Made by a program: the position numbers and the translations under genes. From the human T2T-CHM13v2.0 reference genome, Homo sapiens, in assembly GCF_009914755.1 (NCBI RefSeq), contig NC_060941.1: 64,000 nucleotides of DNA. One strand, given 5' to 3'. Below, piece after piece: positions 11,136 through 27,207 of this stretch. The notes below the pieces were generated by a model, which was given only the letters and a program-made list of their open reading frames with translations, made no database searches and had not been told where the DNA came from. How positions within the stretch are numbered: position 1 is the first letter of the stretch; each line of letters begins with the position of its first letter.

Positions 11136-14100
11136 GTTAGTGACCCCATCCATATGGATTGAGGAGAGAGGGGAGCAAGCTTAGGAGGGAAGACACAGAA
11201 GATGTGCACTGGACAATTCCTCTCTGCTGAAAGGCCTCAGACACACTGATGGATTGCTTCACATCTGGGAACAAATGCTGTGAAGTCTCTGTGTCCTCAG
11301 CGGCTCCACCTGGTTGCACTAGGGTGGAATCATGGGAAAGGGCACAGGTTATATATTCTTGCCATTTATTCTCACGGAGACCATAATGCTCATTCCATAT
11401 CAACCGAAAGGTAGCATTTGCCATCACTCTTTTTGGCTTTTGTTTTGTTTCTCTGTATTTTACTTGTTTTTCATCCTAACACCCTTAAGGGTGAGGGTAA
11501 ACAAGGGCTATAGGAGGCGAGGCCTTCCAGGGAAATGCCGGGCAGGGAAGAAGGTCAGGTCCGCCTAAAGGTCCCTCCTACCAACATTTCCCTGGAAATC
11601 TTTGCATCCTACTTGAGAAGGAGAGGGGTAGGGTGAAACTTTCACTAGACCCCAGATGGGGCCAGAACTGGCCTGAGTCCTGAAATGACATTTGTTCCTC
11701 CAGGACAGTTCTGAGAGTGTTGCAGGCATTTCGGTTTGTTGGATCTAAACTTGACCTGCTATTCATTGCTATAGGATGGGAGGATGGCAGCGATATCACT
11801 TGTACTCACAGACCCAGCCTAGTACGACGCCAGTGTCTTTGTTAGAAACTCTACAGATGTCTATGTCCAGCCTGCCCCAGCGGCACAGGGCTACCCCTGG
11901 TGGGATTTTGTCAAAGGGGAAGACCCACCAAGTAGAGCCCCTGAGCCCCTCCTCTTCCCAGGTGGCCGTCTCTCCTTGATCCACACCAGCGGCAGTTTGT
12001 GCAGCTTCACCAGAGCTTCTAGCGGGACCATGCCGCCACGAGGGCCACTGGGAGCAGAGTCCCTCCCATGCTCAGGGCTCTCCAGGGTCTGAAGTCTGCA
12101 CTTGTATGAGAAGGAGCTCCAATACCAATAAAAGTCTACGTGGAAAATGCAGAATCTGATTGCAGTAGCATTTCTTAGGCCTTATTAGCATATAAATTTA
12201 CCAGGTGTCATTTTAGGACAAGAGCCCGTCACTGAGAAGGAAATGAAATTTGGAGCTGCATTTTCCTTCATTAAACCAAGGGCCCATTTTTGTTTTGTTT
12301 TGTTTTTTGTTTTGTTTTCTTTTCTTCGGTTATTCATTCTTTTATTATCTTCTGCTGTCACATCCTCCAAAACTCCTGTGCATATATTTTCTTGCACCTT
12401 GAGATTTGGCATTTCAGGAAAAATGCCTAGCACAATAGGCTGTAGTTTAGAGACTTGCTTTGTCATTTTATATGTCCAGCAGAAATTGTCGTAACTCCCC
12501 CGGATGATCAGATGCTCCCGTGCCTCTCCTGTCTCTCAGACCACACAGCTATTATCCCTGGCATTCTAGTTGTGAGACAAAACCTTAACACAATGTGGTG
12601 ACATTTAATTTAGTGTTTCTCATTTCAAAGCCCTTAAAAATATTAATTAATTCCCATGAAGCCCCAGGAGGCGTATTATTAATATCTGTGGCGCCTTTCA
12701 TGCTAGTCCATTAATGTGCCTTCTCTACGCAATAGGTAAGAAAATGAAGCTAAATCCGTTTTTCGCAGCCCCATGGGATAAGACCTTCACAGAGCCAGGG
12801 TCAGAAATGATGAATCCTTAATTTTATTGGTGTCCCTGAATAATCTACCCCGTGGCCTTCTGTGTGGCGTGGAAGAACAGCACTCCTGTTCAGGAGCAAT
12901 CTCAGGAGACAGCGAATGATTTTCCTGTGGAGCTGTGACTTCAGCAATCCTAGTTCGATAGCTGTGTTGAGGAGAGTAGAATTGAGAAAAACTGCCGCAG
13001 CAGTAATGTAATAAGTGAGATGGAGCAGGAGGCACTTGACAATTTCACTAGAAAATCTCCCAGCGATCTGTGGGCCCTGCAGTGAACCCAGCCCCTGCAG
13101 ATCGATGGGCCCGTGCTCCAGGGAGACAGATGTGGAGATCAGCACCGTGGCTTGTTCTTATTTTGGGGTGCCTTATCTTTCCGTGCCTTTGTTCTTCACC
13201 ACTATGCATGGGGGATTTCTGTAGCCTTAGCAACCAGAAAGCAGGGTGGATCTGTGGAATTAGACTCCGAAATCTCGAGTTTAGTTGACAGCGCTTTTTC
13301 CTTCCTTCTGATTGCCTCGCCGTCTGGCAAGCTCTGCATGTGTTCTTTTCTCACCTGTATCTGCAGCCCATGACTCCGGAAGTCTTTCTGACTCTGAAAA
13401 ACATATCCTGTGTTCACTAAGGGGAAGTGGTTTTAATGTGCATGAAAAGAGGCTGGCAGGCGCTCACCCCACCTGGACCCTAGACCCTGGAGAAGGGGTG
13501 GGAAGTTAGCTTCAGTGGACGTTCCTGATAAACGTGAGCTCAGGTGGCTCACTTCCCCTGGCCTGACTGCAGACTTGAGCCAGGAACACCCATTCCGCCT
13601 TGTGTGTGAGACCCAGGAGGATCAAGGAGATATCCTTTAGCATCCATTAAAAAAAAAGTTTTTTTTGAGTCCTACCTCTCCATTTTTGCTCTTCCCTACT
13701 TGAGCTGTCTTAAAGCATCCCTGGAGGTAGGAAAATGCATAGACCCTCCTTCCCAGGGCCCCAGTACTGCCGGAGGAGCCTCGGTGATGGCTGCACCTCT
13801 GCCCTGGGGCCTGGAGCTGGGCTAACGCTTTCTTGGAAAACCTCTAATTGTTTCTACCAAGTTAGCCAGGACACTTTTTAAAAAGCACTTTCATTAAAAA
13901 TGCATAGGTATTTGTTTTAATTTACATAACGGCCCAGACCAAAATGGGATGTGGCCTGCTGCTTAGACTGGCCATTATCACGCCTCTGATTCAGAGAAAA
14001 ACCTAAATTTCATGTTTATGCAGGTCTTATAGCTGATGCGTTTGGTTTGAAGGAGCAGGTGAACTAGGTCCTCTCCAGGACTTGGTGCTTTTTTGTTGGG

Positions 14101-14751
14101 TGTGGAGAGACATGGGCGAGATGGGGCTGTTGCTGCTGCGCTGATTTGAAGCCATCTCTCCAGACTGAACCCGTCCTACGTGTCCGCCATTCTTTCTACC
14201 TATCCACCTGAAGACGGAATGTCTAGCTACCTCTACTTCAGACTTATTTTCTAATTTAGAATGTACTTACTTGAGTGGATGTGGTTTTGGAGGGCCTGTA
14301 GCCAAGGTCGTGACAGCTGAATAAAATGTTTCCTTCTTTGCCCCCAGAACTGCGCTTTCATTTATCAGCTGCCCTTGGTGTGTTGTATGGGATCAGCCAA
14401 CATTCAGGTATTTAGAACATTAAGACTCAGTGGCCTGGTTCTGTCTCACCAAGAACACAAATAAACAGTTGATGAATCCATCACATCAGTGATGAATCCA
14501 GAATGTGTCCATCATTTTCGTAAGTCTTAGTATGCAGAGAATCTCAGATAGCAAAGCAGAAAGGATGATGTCACAGACGCCTTGGGTACCCAGCACCTGG
14601 ATGCAGCTGTTTGTACACACATACTTTCTGATATTATGTTGACAGTGACTTACACCACTTCAACCTCAGGCAGGATTCTATCAGTTTCTTTACTACAAAT
14701 TGATTTGTTTCTTTAATAATTATTGTAATTACTGTCAGTAAAAATCTGAGT

Positions 14752-14765
14752 ATGACTCAGCAATT
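14752..14765 (+). promoter_or_regulatory. Candidate antioxidant response element (NRF2/NFE2/BACH1-sMAF site)
   Basis: ATGACTCAGCAATT matches the RTGACTCAGCAWW consensus exactly. Function is not shown. Confidence 0.4.
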
Positions 14766-15754
14766 AGTTGCTGGTAACTGAGTGTGTTGTAATGCTGGGG
14801 AAAGGATATAAAACTTGTATTTTGAACAGAAAGGCACACATGTGGGTGAGCAGTGTTTACCACCACAGAATTTACCGTCTACACAGAATTGAGATAGCTG
14901 CACATGAATGTATAGTGAGCAGTGTAAGTTAATTCAGAGAAAGAAAAAATTATTTCCTGCTGAAAGGGTTCAAGAAGGAATTTTGTAGGAGAGCTGGGCA
15001 TTGAACAGGCTCCTCCAGAACATGTGGGTCAGATTGGCCACCGCATGGCTGGGGTCCCCCATGGGCCAGTGATGCCCACCTATGGGAGCAGGTGACACGC
15101 TGCCTCCCAGGCCACGCATCGACACCCCTCCTGTCACGCTCCGTGCTTCTCTGAGCACTTCCTCCTTCCCTGTGGCCCTGGGCTCCCTGTGGGCCAGCCC
15201 TGTCCTGGCAGAGCCCCCTGTGCGTGTCAACGCACATCCTTCATAGATGAAAATGGACTTGAAGATCCCGCGTTATCAGTTGGTTAGCTCTCTCTCAAGT
15301 CTCCTTCGTGACTCTGCTTTATTTTTCGAGCAGCATTCTGGTTCTGAGCGAGGAGACACTGAGAGGGGAGACCACTCTGTGGCTCTAACCCCGCCTCAGA
15401 CCAGGGCTCCGCACTGTCCTGCAGTGGCACAGGGTTGCTAGCCTTGGATTAGCTTTTGGTTCTCTAATGGGCTTTGCTTGCAGGTACAAAAATTTGGGGG
15501 AACCTGGAAAAACTCTTAAATCTCCTCATCTGAAAGATATTCATACATCTACTGATGACTTCCAAAGTACAAGGTCTAGAATACCAAGAGGTTTTATGTT
15601 GTCATAAATTAGAGTTTTAATGTATATAATTAGGTGAAACCAAATGTGTATCATATACAACAGAGTAACCGTGTTGCAGGAATTGGGCCTCGTTTTCCTG
15701 TTGTTTTCCTCACATCTAATTCTTTTTCTCTGGAAATGCCAGGGAACCTTTCTT

Positions 15755-15897
15755 TATTTTCTTTATTTTTATTTTTCAGTAGAGACGAGGGATCTGACTA
15801 TGTTGCCCAGGCTGGTCTTGAACTCCTGGCCTCAAGTGGTCCTTCCACCGTGGCCTCCGAAATGCTGGGATTCCAGGTGTGAGCCCCCGTGTCCGGC
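15755..15897 (-). mobile_element. Free left Alu monomer (FLAM-like) with TSD
   Basis: A single arm with a T-rich tail, flanked by gggaacctttctt at 15742-15754 and 15900-15912. Confidence 0.85.
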
Positions 15898-16789
15898 AGG
15901 GGAACCTTTCTTAAGCATGAATGGTGTGCCCTCCTCAGGGTGTGTCCTCTCTGCTTCCTTTCTCAGTCACATCAGCAGGTGCTTCGTGTGCATCTGTGTG
16001 CCCAGCCTGGGCACAGCGGGAGCCCAGGCCTTCCTTCAAACGCAGCCTCCCCTGCACGTTCCAAACACTTACTGGCATTTTTCTTCAAGTGATGATCATG
16101 GCATTGGCCTTACTTATTTTAGTTGTTTTTAAAAGAAAGTTTTAAAAGTTTATCAAAGTGATGAACATACACATCACTTTTTAAAAACATAATCCCCACC
16201 CAGAGGCAAACCCTTTTAGCTATTTGTTCTAGTGGCATATGTTGGTGCTGCTTTGCACTGACTCATCAACTCAGGGCATCTTCCCTGACTGCCTGGTGTG
16301 GCCCCAGCACTTTCACACCCGTTGTTCCCCTCCCCAACCCCAGAAGGTCGTAGATTTACTCTGTCGGTTCTTCTTTGTTGGGAGTTCACCATGAAAAGTA
16401 CTTTGCAGGAAAAGAGCAATGATAGAACTGGAGTAGCTCCTCGCATGACCCACCTGTGCCCGTTTTCCAGCATCCTGCCACCCAGCCAGGTCTGTCTCCT
16501 CCTTGGCCCGTTCTCCTCACTCAGGTTCTCTGGAAGTTGGCACAGTTTTACTAAAATAAAATCAGCATTCATAGCATTAGGACTATGTAAACACTGTTCT
16601 CAAGCAAGCCAAGTCATGTGTACTTGGGTCTGATTCTGGACTTTGTGTGTGAGTTCCCTGGGCTGCTGGTCTCCGTGCCCCCAGCCTCGCTGTCTTAATG
16701 AGAGGCCCTAGGGGAGCCTGCAGTGTCTGGCAAGGCCAGGTTGCCCTCAGGGCTTTCTGCTGCCATGATTTTCTGGCCCTTCGTCCCTG

Positions 16790-17135
16790 TTTGTTTTTCC
16801 CTGTGACCTTCAGTAGCAGCTTAGCTCCTTGGGGTATTTACTGGGAATGCATTGAATATGTGAATTAAACGAGCGAGAGCTGACATCTTAAGAATGTTGA
16901 CTCAGCCCACCCAAGCAGGGAGCATCTTCCCATTTGTTCACGTCTTCTGTGTTTTCCAGGAGAGCTTTGAAAATCTTCCATGTCTGTGTTTTGCACATTT
17001 CATGTTAAACTTATTCCTATGCATTCAGTCTGCTCTGTGGCTTTCGAGATGGGGTTTTCTTTGCCATGATGTTCCTTTGTTTATTATTTGTGTATATCAA
17101 GGCTATTGATTGTTCTCTGTCAGTTTTAGATTCTG
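16790..17135 (-). mobile_element. Old L1 ORF2-region fragment
   Basis: 'ggggtatttactgggaatgcattgaatatgtgaattaa…gacatcttaagaatgttgact…ttcccatttgttca' resembles L1M antisense sequence. Confidence 0.5.
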
Positions 17136-17470
17136 CTCATTCAGGGTTAAGGGCCCAGGCAGGAGGCGGAGGGAGGAGCTTTCAGCAGGGCGATTCCTTA
17201 CTCGGTCTCTTCACTCTTCTGCCATTGCTGCCATGTGTACATTGCAGGCTCCTTCATTTGAGCAAATTCTCTCTTCCATGCTCCAGATGTTTTCAGAAGG
17301 ACCGCGTACTTCTGAGAAACACTTGGTACCCCAGTGGCAGCTGCGTTTGCCTTGGCGTTGCCATGTGACAGGCATTACTTGTTTATCTCATTGTTGTTCC
17401 TAGTAGTTCTCAATGTTTGTTGAATGAATATTTATAACCATCATGTGTGGCAGTTCTTATGTAGTGTTTT

Positions 17471-17753
17471 GATTTGTTTTTTTGAGACCATCTCACTCTG
17501 TCACTCAGGCTGGAGTACAGTGTTGTGATCATGGTTCACTGCAACCTCAACCTCCTGGGCTTAAGTGATCCTTCCACCTCAGCTGGGACTACAGGTGTGT
17601 GCCACCACACCTGGCTAATTTTTTTTTTTTTTAATTGTAGAGATGGGGTCTCATTCTGCTGCCCAGGCTGATCTTGAGCTCCCGGGCTCAACCAGTTCTC
17701 CCACCTTGGCCTCCTAAGCTGCTGGGATTTTCGGCATGAGCCAGGGTGCCTGG
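17471..17753 (-). mobile_element. Alu (AluJ-like) ~150 bp upstream of the first RPTOR exon
   Basis: Dimeric Alu motifs with a short internal deletion. Confidence 0.9.
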
Positions 17754-17904
17754 CATTACCTGGTTTTATAGATGGAGAAACTCAGAGCCATGTGTCCAGG
17801 ACCACACAGCTATTAACTGCAAACCCAGAGGAAAGGGTAGGGGATGAGTTCCAAGCATTCCCTGGAGTCCGTGGTAAATTTCTTCATTTCTTCTCCTGCA
17901 ACAG

Positions 17905-18063
17905 GCCCGGTACAAGCAGAGCCTTGACCCAACTGTGGATGAAGTCAAGAAGCTCTGCACGTCCTTACGTCGCAACGCCAAGGAGGAGCGAGTCCTCTTT
18001 CACTACAATGGCCACGGGGTGCCCCGGCCCACAGTCAACGGGGAGGTCTGGGTCTTCAACAAG
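17905..18063 (+). CDS. RPTOR: RPTOR internal coding exon (159 nt, phase 0-0; probably exon 4), RNC/caspase-like domain
   Basis: A pyrimidine tract and CAG acceptor end at 17904 and a GTGGGT donor starts at 18064. The exon translates to [53 protein letters not shown], recognised as raptor with its conserved FHYNGHGVP motif. The exon number is from recall. Confidence 0.97.
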
Positions 18064-18594
18064 GTGGGTGTGCCTTCCAGCTTCCTTCCCGTTTCTGCCA
18101 AAAGCCATGCCAATTGCGGTGGTCGGAGCAGGTCCTGCCCATCCGTAGCTTCTGTTAAGCCATTGATGTTTACTGTGTTTCAACAAACCCAAATGCCATA
18201 ACTGAACGGACCAGGTAGTCAGGCACAAGGAGGGGCTGTTTCTGTGGCAGAACGTGTTCATGGAATGACTGCCTTGAAGTGTGGTGCGTGTGGTTTATGT
18301 TCCCTCTGTAAGACCAGCAGTTGTTTGTAATTCTCCGAGGACAGACCTCGAGAGTGTCTGCCTTCTAGTTTGAAAAAATTGCACAATTTCTCAATTTCGT
18401 TAGAATCTTTCTTTAAGCATCGGTGATTTTCTTAGAAAATAAAGTGTTTTATATATTCTAAAGGGCTAATTCCAAGCTGCCCTGCAGGTGCAGGCTCTGG
18501 GCTTCCCTCCTCAAGGTCAGAATCACCAGCCTTTTGCAATTCCGTTGCCCAGGACCAGATGAAGTGCTTGCTCCCCTTCTGTAGCTGTTGCTGT

Positions 18595-18782
18595 GGGTGG
18601 TGGGTGCTGACTGTCATCCCCATCCTCCAGGGTGTGGTGGGTGCTGACTGTTGTCCCCACCCTCCAGGGTGTGGTGGTTGCTGACTGTCTCCTCATCCTC
18701 CAGGGTGTGGTGGGTGCTGACTGTTGTCCCCACCCTCCAGGGTGTGGTGGGTGCTGACTGTCTCCCCATCCTCCAGGGTGGG
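18595..18782. repeat. 36-37-bp minisatellite, ~5 copies (gggtgtggtgggtgctgactgtyrtccccaycctcca)
   Basis: Read directly from the sequence. Confidence 0.92.
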
Positions 18783-20034
18783 AACCTTGGTCTGTCTCAG
18801 AGCAGCCAGCTATGGGTCTCACTGCGCTCTGCGTGATGCATGAAAAGCAGTTCTTGGAGGGTGCGGTGGCCCCATATGTGCCTGAGCGTGTCTATGAGGG
18901 CACTGATTTGGAATCCAGCAAATCCGAGTCCCAGTTTCGGTTGTGCTGTCAGCCTCCTGGGCTTCTGCTTCCTTAGTGTGGACACCGCCTCCTGCCATCA
19001 TAGTGAGGACTCTGACTCCGTTTCTTCACACACTGAACTCTCGGTTCCCGCCTACCGTCCCGGGTTCGCAGCTAGCATTCGGCACAGGTGGTGAAGCAGT
19101 GTGGGCCCAGAGCAGAGACCTCGAGGAAGGCTTCTGACCCTGGACACTGAGGAGTAGCCAGCCTCGGAAGTTAGAAAGGTATCCACCCAGCTCCTCCCGC
19201 AGGGCACAGGGCAGTGCCATCTCTCCCCGTGTGTATCTGGATACCAGCTTGATTTTAATTCCTTTCGTTAAATATTGAGTAAATTCAAAACGATCGTTGT
19301 GAAGGAAGTAGGATTTACAGAAGCAGGATGTAATGAACCACCAGGCGTGCACCACAGGCCCCTGGCGTGTCTTTCTCAGCTGCAGTCTCTCCTTTCCCTG
19401 CCCTCCCCTGTGGCGCCTGGCACAGTGAATTTGAATTTGTCCTTCCCTGGCTCTCCTCTGTGGAGCCCCCGGTGTGCTGGCTCTCAGGCACGGCGAATCC
19501 GGGAGATCGCTGCTGATACGCTGGGCGGACGCTGGCGCGCTCTTCCGCAGTGCGCTTTGCTCACTTGGTCGGAGGCTCTGCAGATTCATGCCACCGACCC
19601 CAGGGGCCTGCAGCCCTGCCTCTTCCCACATTCGCTGTCCCCTGCCGGGACCCCGCCCTTCTCAGTGCCTTCCCTGCAGATGGGCATTGGGCTGGTTCCC
19701 ATCTTGTTTCTGCTGTAAACCGCGTGAGTGTTTCAGCTGCCCACCTTTCTCTCCAGCACTGGGTGTTGTCACAGGTTTTTTTTAATGATAGACTGTGGTG
19801 TGCTCTGATTTTCTCTGATAACCATTAAGATCGCGCACCCTGTGTCCGCCCGCCGGCTCCCTGCTGCTCAAAGCGCCTATCTGCTATCCACTTCTCTCTG
19901 CAGTGGGTTGCCTTTTCCTATCGGTTTGAGGGAATTCTTTGTATTCCAGACAGTAATGATTTTTATGAATTGTGTCTCTCTTCTCAGAATTTATGATGTG
20001 ATTTTTTTTCTTCATCTTCTTACACTCCTGATAA

Positions 20035-20355
<321 letters not shown>

Positions 20356-20629
20356 CCCAGTTGTGCTTTTTATTTGTCCTTCTTGTCTTGGTGTGCTGGC
20401 CGATGCCTTCAGTGGAGTGAAGTGGGGACTGGGTGGGGAGCGGGGAGGGAGGCATCTTTGTTTCTCTTGTCCTCGCAGAGGGAGAGTTTCTGTGTTCAGT
20501 GTATGATGTTTGCCCCAGGCTTTTTGTAAAACAAAAACAATCACCATTATCGAATTAAGAAAGTACAATTCTTAATTTGGTTTTTTAAAAAAATTGTGAC
20601 TAGATGTTGATTTGCCTCCCTTGGTTATT

Positions 20630-20634
<5 letters not shown>

Positions 20635-20678
<44 letters not shown>
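20635..20678. repeat. (TG)n microsatellite, ~22 units
   Basis: Read directly from the sequence. Confidence 0.97.
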
Positions 20679-20680
<2 letters not shown>

Positions 20681-21810
20681 AAGTGGTCACAGTACTTTTC
20701 TCCCTTAGGCTGGTGCTACGTTGAATGATACTGTATGACCATCTCCTGTTATACACACCTTTCTTTTTGGATTAACCTGTGTTATGATGAATGATCTGTT
20801 TCATGCATGGCTTATTCAGTTTGCAGCCATTTTGTTTCATATATTAAATCTGTGTTCGTGAGTGAGATTGGACAGGGATTCTTCTTTGTCTTGCTGTCCT
20901 TGCCTAGGCGGAGTAATCAATAACTGTGGCCTTAGAAAATAAGCTGAGGAATGTTCCTTCTTTGTATATATACTTGAATAGTTTTTGTGATGTTTGAAGT
21001 ATTTGTTGTCTGAATGTTGTGGAACTTACAAAGAAAGCTCTCTGGGTGGTATTTTGTTTGTGGAGAGTTTTTGACTTACTGATCTAGCTTCTTTCATGGT
21101 TAAAGGGTTTTTCTGTTAGCTTTGCCAACTGACTTTTGCAGGACCTTGTCCATTTCTACTAAGCTTCCCGATGTGTTGACATAAACTGGCTCACAATACC
21201 CCTTTAGAAACTCACCAGTATCGGGGGTATCTGTGAGTGAGGTGCCTTCCTTTGCTCTTGGTGCTGGGTATATGTGCCTTCTCTCTTTTCTTGTTGATTA
21301 TTCCTGTGAGGAGTTTATGTACCTTTTATCAGTCTTTTCAAAGACCCAGCTTTTACCATTGTTGACCCTCCAGAGGATGGAAGGAACAGTAGGATGAATA
21401 CCTTTATACTGTTCCCCTGTTGCCAATTTGACACTTTTTTTCTTGTCCCCTGAACCATTTGAAAGATGCAGACATCCTGACACTAAGAACGAGGATGGCT
21501 TTCTGTATCACCACATTACCGTCAAATTGCTCAAGAAATGGAACATCAGTTCTGTGTCATTTACTATAGAGTCCATGTTTGTATTTTCCCAAGTGTTTGC
21601 AAAATGTGCACTAAATTAGTAGGCATTTTTTTACTTGTTGATTTTGTTGTGGACCCAGAATCTAATTAAGGTCCATGCATTGCATCTGTTCCTTATGCGT
21701 TTTTAGTTCCTCTTGCCTTTCATGTTATGACATTGACTTTTTAAATGACTTTTTAAAATTTAAAAATTTTGTCTTCTTTTGGGAAGTTAACATATAGTTA
21801 TACATCAGTC

Positions 21811-22107
<297 letters not shown>

Positions 22108-22129
22108 CAGTCTTTTTTAAAATAATAGA

Positions 22130-23560
<1,431 letters not shown>

Positions 23561-24004
23561 CTTCGCTTTTTCACAAGTTTTTGTCAAACCAGATTAAAAA
23601 AAAGCATGATCAAACCTTGTGCTGTCCATAGTAGATGTATTTTAAATACAAAGACATATGAAGTTTGAGAGTAAAAGAAAGGGAAACGATATACTATGCC
23701 AATACTAGTCATAGAAAACCAGTGTGGCTCTATTAATCAGAGAAAATAGACTGCAAGATGAGGAGTATTATTGATGATAAAGAGGGCCATTTCCTCATGA
23801 TAAACAGGCCAGTTCATGAGCCAGGCACACACCATCCTGAGTGTGCGTGCGCTTAATATCAGAGTTTCAAAGGACATGCAGCAAAATGAACAGAATTAAC
23901 AGGAAAAGTATGCAAATCCATAATCATAGTTGGAGGTTAGAAGATCTTCTTTTAGTAATTGATAGATTAAACTGATAGTTAAAAATTATAGACAAAATTG
24001 ATAG

Positions 24005-24306
<302 letters not shown>

Positions 24307-24706
24307 CTGTAATTAAAAACTTTCTTATTGAGAAAACTCTAGGCATAGTATATTTTTTCTAGTCCAAAGCAAAAGCCAGTATTAATGTAAAAGACCTAGC
24401 AATATTATCAATCACCCCGACTTAATTAACATTTATACAGCCGTCCACACAACTGTAGAATATACATTCTCAAGTGCATGTGGAATGTTCACCATATGCT
24501 GAGCCATAAAGATGTCTCAATAAAGTTTGAAAGATTAAAATCATAGAGTATATTCTCTGTTCTTGAAATTCAAAATTATGGAATATCTGGAGAAGCCCCA
24601 GATACTTGGAAATGAAATACCACATGAGTCAAAGACAAAATCATAAAAGAAAATAAAAAATAATTCAAACCTAAAGATAATGAAACTATGACACCCAAAT
24701 TTATAG

Positions 24707-25095
<389 letters not shown>

Positions 25096-25643
25096 TAATA
25101 TTCTGCCTTAAGGAAACAGAAAATGCTGAGCAAATTAAACTCAAAGCAGAAGGAAAGAAATAACAAACAGCAGAAATCAATAAAATAGAGTACAGGCAAC
25201 AGAGACAACATAGCTAAAATGTGTTTTTTTTGAAAGGATCAGTAAAAGTTGACGAATCTCTACGTAGGTAGATCAGTGAAGAAAGAGAGAAAACACTTTA
25301 TCAACATCAGCAATGAAGGAGAGGATATCCCCACATATCCTATAAGCATTAAAAAGGTAAGGGAATATTATTAATTTTATATACATTTAAATATGTAATT
25401 AAATGGACAGATGCCTTAAAATACAACTTACCAAAACTGACCTAAAATGAAATAGAATATCTGAATAGCCCTATATCAATCGGCTTCTTTCCAAGGCCAT
25501 GCCAGGCATTTAATCCCTGTGAGGCCAGGGGCTTTTTATTTTGTTTACTGCTACATTCCAAGCTCTTAAGATAGTGTCTGTTACCCTAGCAGGTGTTTGG
25601 TAATTGTCAACCACATGGGTGGGTAGATGAATGGATGTTTTTA

Positions 25644-27207
25644 TTTTTATGTTTTTTTTTTTTCAATTTTTTATTTTTCCATAGGTTATTGGGGTACAGG
25701 TGGTGTTTGGTTACATGAAGAAGTTCTTTAGTGGTAATTTGTGAGATTTTGCTGCACCCTTGTAGTCTTTTATCCCTCGCCCCCCTCCCACCCTTCTCCC
25801 CAAGTCCCCAAATTCCATTGTATCATTCTTATGCCTTTGTGTCCTCATAGCTCAGCTCCCACGTAACAGTGAAAATATACGATATTTGGTTTTCCATTCT
25901 TGAGTTACTTCACTTAAAATAATAGTCTCCAGTCTCATCCAGGTCACTGTGAATGCTGTTAATCCATTACTTTTTATGACTGAGTAGTATTCCATCATGT
26001 ATATATACCATATTTTCTTTATCCACTCATTGATTGATGGGCATTTGGGTTGGTTCCATGATTTTGCAATTGCGAATTGTGCTGCTATAAACATGCGTGT
26101 GCAAGTATCTTTTGTGTATAATGACTTATTTTCCTCTGGGTAAATACCCAGTAGTGGGATTGCTGGATCAAATGGTAGTTCTACTTGTAGTTCTTTCAGG
26201 AATCTCCACACTGTTTTCCATAGTGGCTGTACCAGTTTACATTCCCACCAGCGGTGTAGAAGTGTTCCCTGATTACCACATCCACACCAGCATCTACTGT
26301 TTTTTGATTTTTTTATTATGGCCATTCTTGCAGAGGTAAGGTGGTATCTATTGCATTGTGGTTTTGATTTGCATTTCCCTGATCATTAGTGATGTTGAGC
26401 ATTTTTTCATATGTTTGTTGGCCATTTGTATATCTTCTTCTGATAATTGTCTATTCATGTCCTTAGCCCAATTTTTGATGGGATTTTTTTTTCTTGCTGA
26501 TTTGTTTGAGTTTGTTGTAGATTTCCGGATATTAGTCTTTTGTCAGTTGTGTAGATTGTTAAGATTTTCTCTCACTCTGTGGGTTGTCTGTTTACTCTGC
26601 TGACTGTTCCTTTTGCCGTGCAAAAGGCCTTTAGTTAAATTAAGTCCCAGCTATTTATCTTTGTTTTTATTGCATTTGCTTTTGGGTTCTTGCTCATGAG
26701 ATCCTTGCCTAAACCAGTCTCTAGAAGGGTTTTTCCAATGTTATCTTCTAGAATTTTTATAGTTTCAGGTCTTAGATTTAAGTCCTTGATCCATCTTGGG
26801 TTGATTTTTGTATAAAGTGAGAGATGAGGATCCAGTTTCATTCTCCTACGTGTGACTTGCCAGTTATCCCAGCACCATTTGTTGTAAAGGGTGTCTTTTC
26901 CCCACTTTATGATTTTGTTTGCTTTGTTGAAGATCAGTTGGCTGTAAGTATTTGGGTTTATTTCTGAGTTCTCTATTGTGTTCCGTTGGCCTATGTGCCT
27001 GTTTTTATACCAGTGCCATGCTGTTTTGGTGACTATGGCCTTATAGTATAGTATGAAATCAGGTAATGTAATTCCTCCAGATTTGTTCTTTTTGCTTAGT
27101 CTTGCTTCGGCTATGCAGGCTGTTTTTTGGTTCCATATGAGTTTTAGAATTGTTTTTTCTAATTCTGTGAAGAATGATGGTGGTATTTTGATGGGAATTG
27201 CATTGAA
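25644..27207 (-). mobile_element. 5'-truncated L1PB-like element (3' ORF2 + 3' UTR) with a 17-bp TSD
   Basis: The ORF track gives L1 ORF2 C-terminal peptides ([20 protein letters not shown]…[13 protein letters not shown]; [28 protein letters not shown]). TSD atgaatggatgttttta (25627-25643) and atgagtggatattttta (27208-27224). Confidence 0.92.

Noticed and set aside
17935-18201. ORF-track 88 aa ORF (and 40675-40932, 85 aa) as standalone genes
   Set aside because: They are RPTOR exons read through their GT donors into intron.
25852-26841. 157 aa and 68 aa ORFs
   Set aside because: These are fragments of L1 ORF2 in a truncated, frameshifted element.
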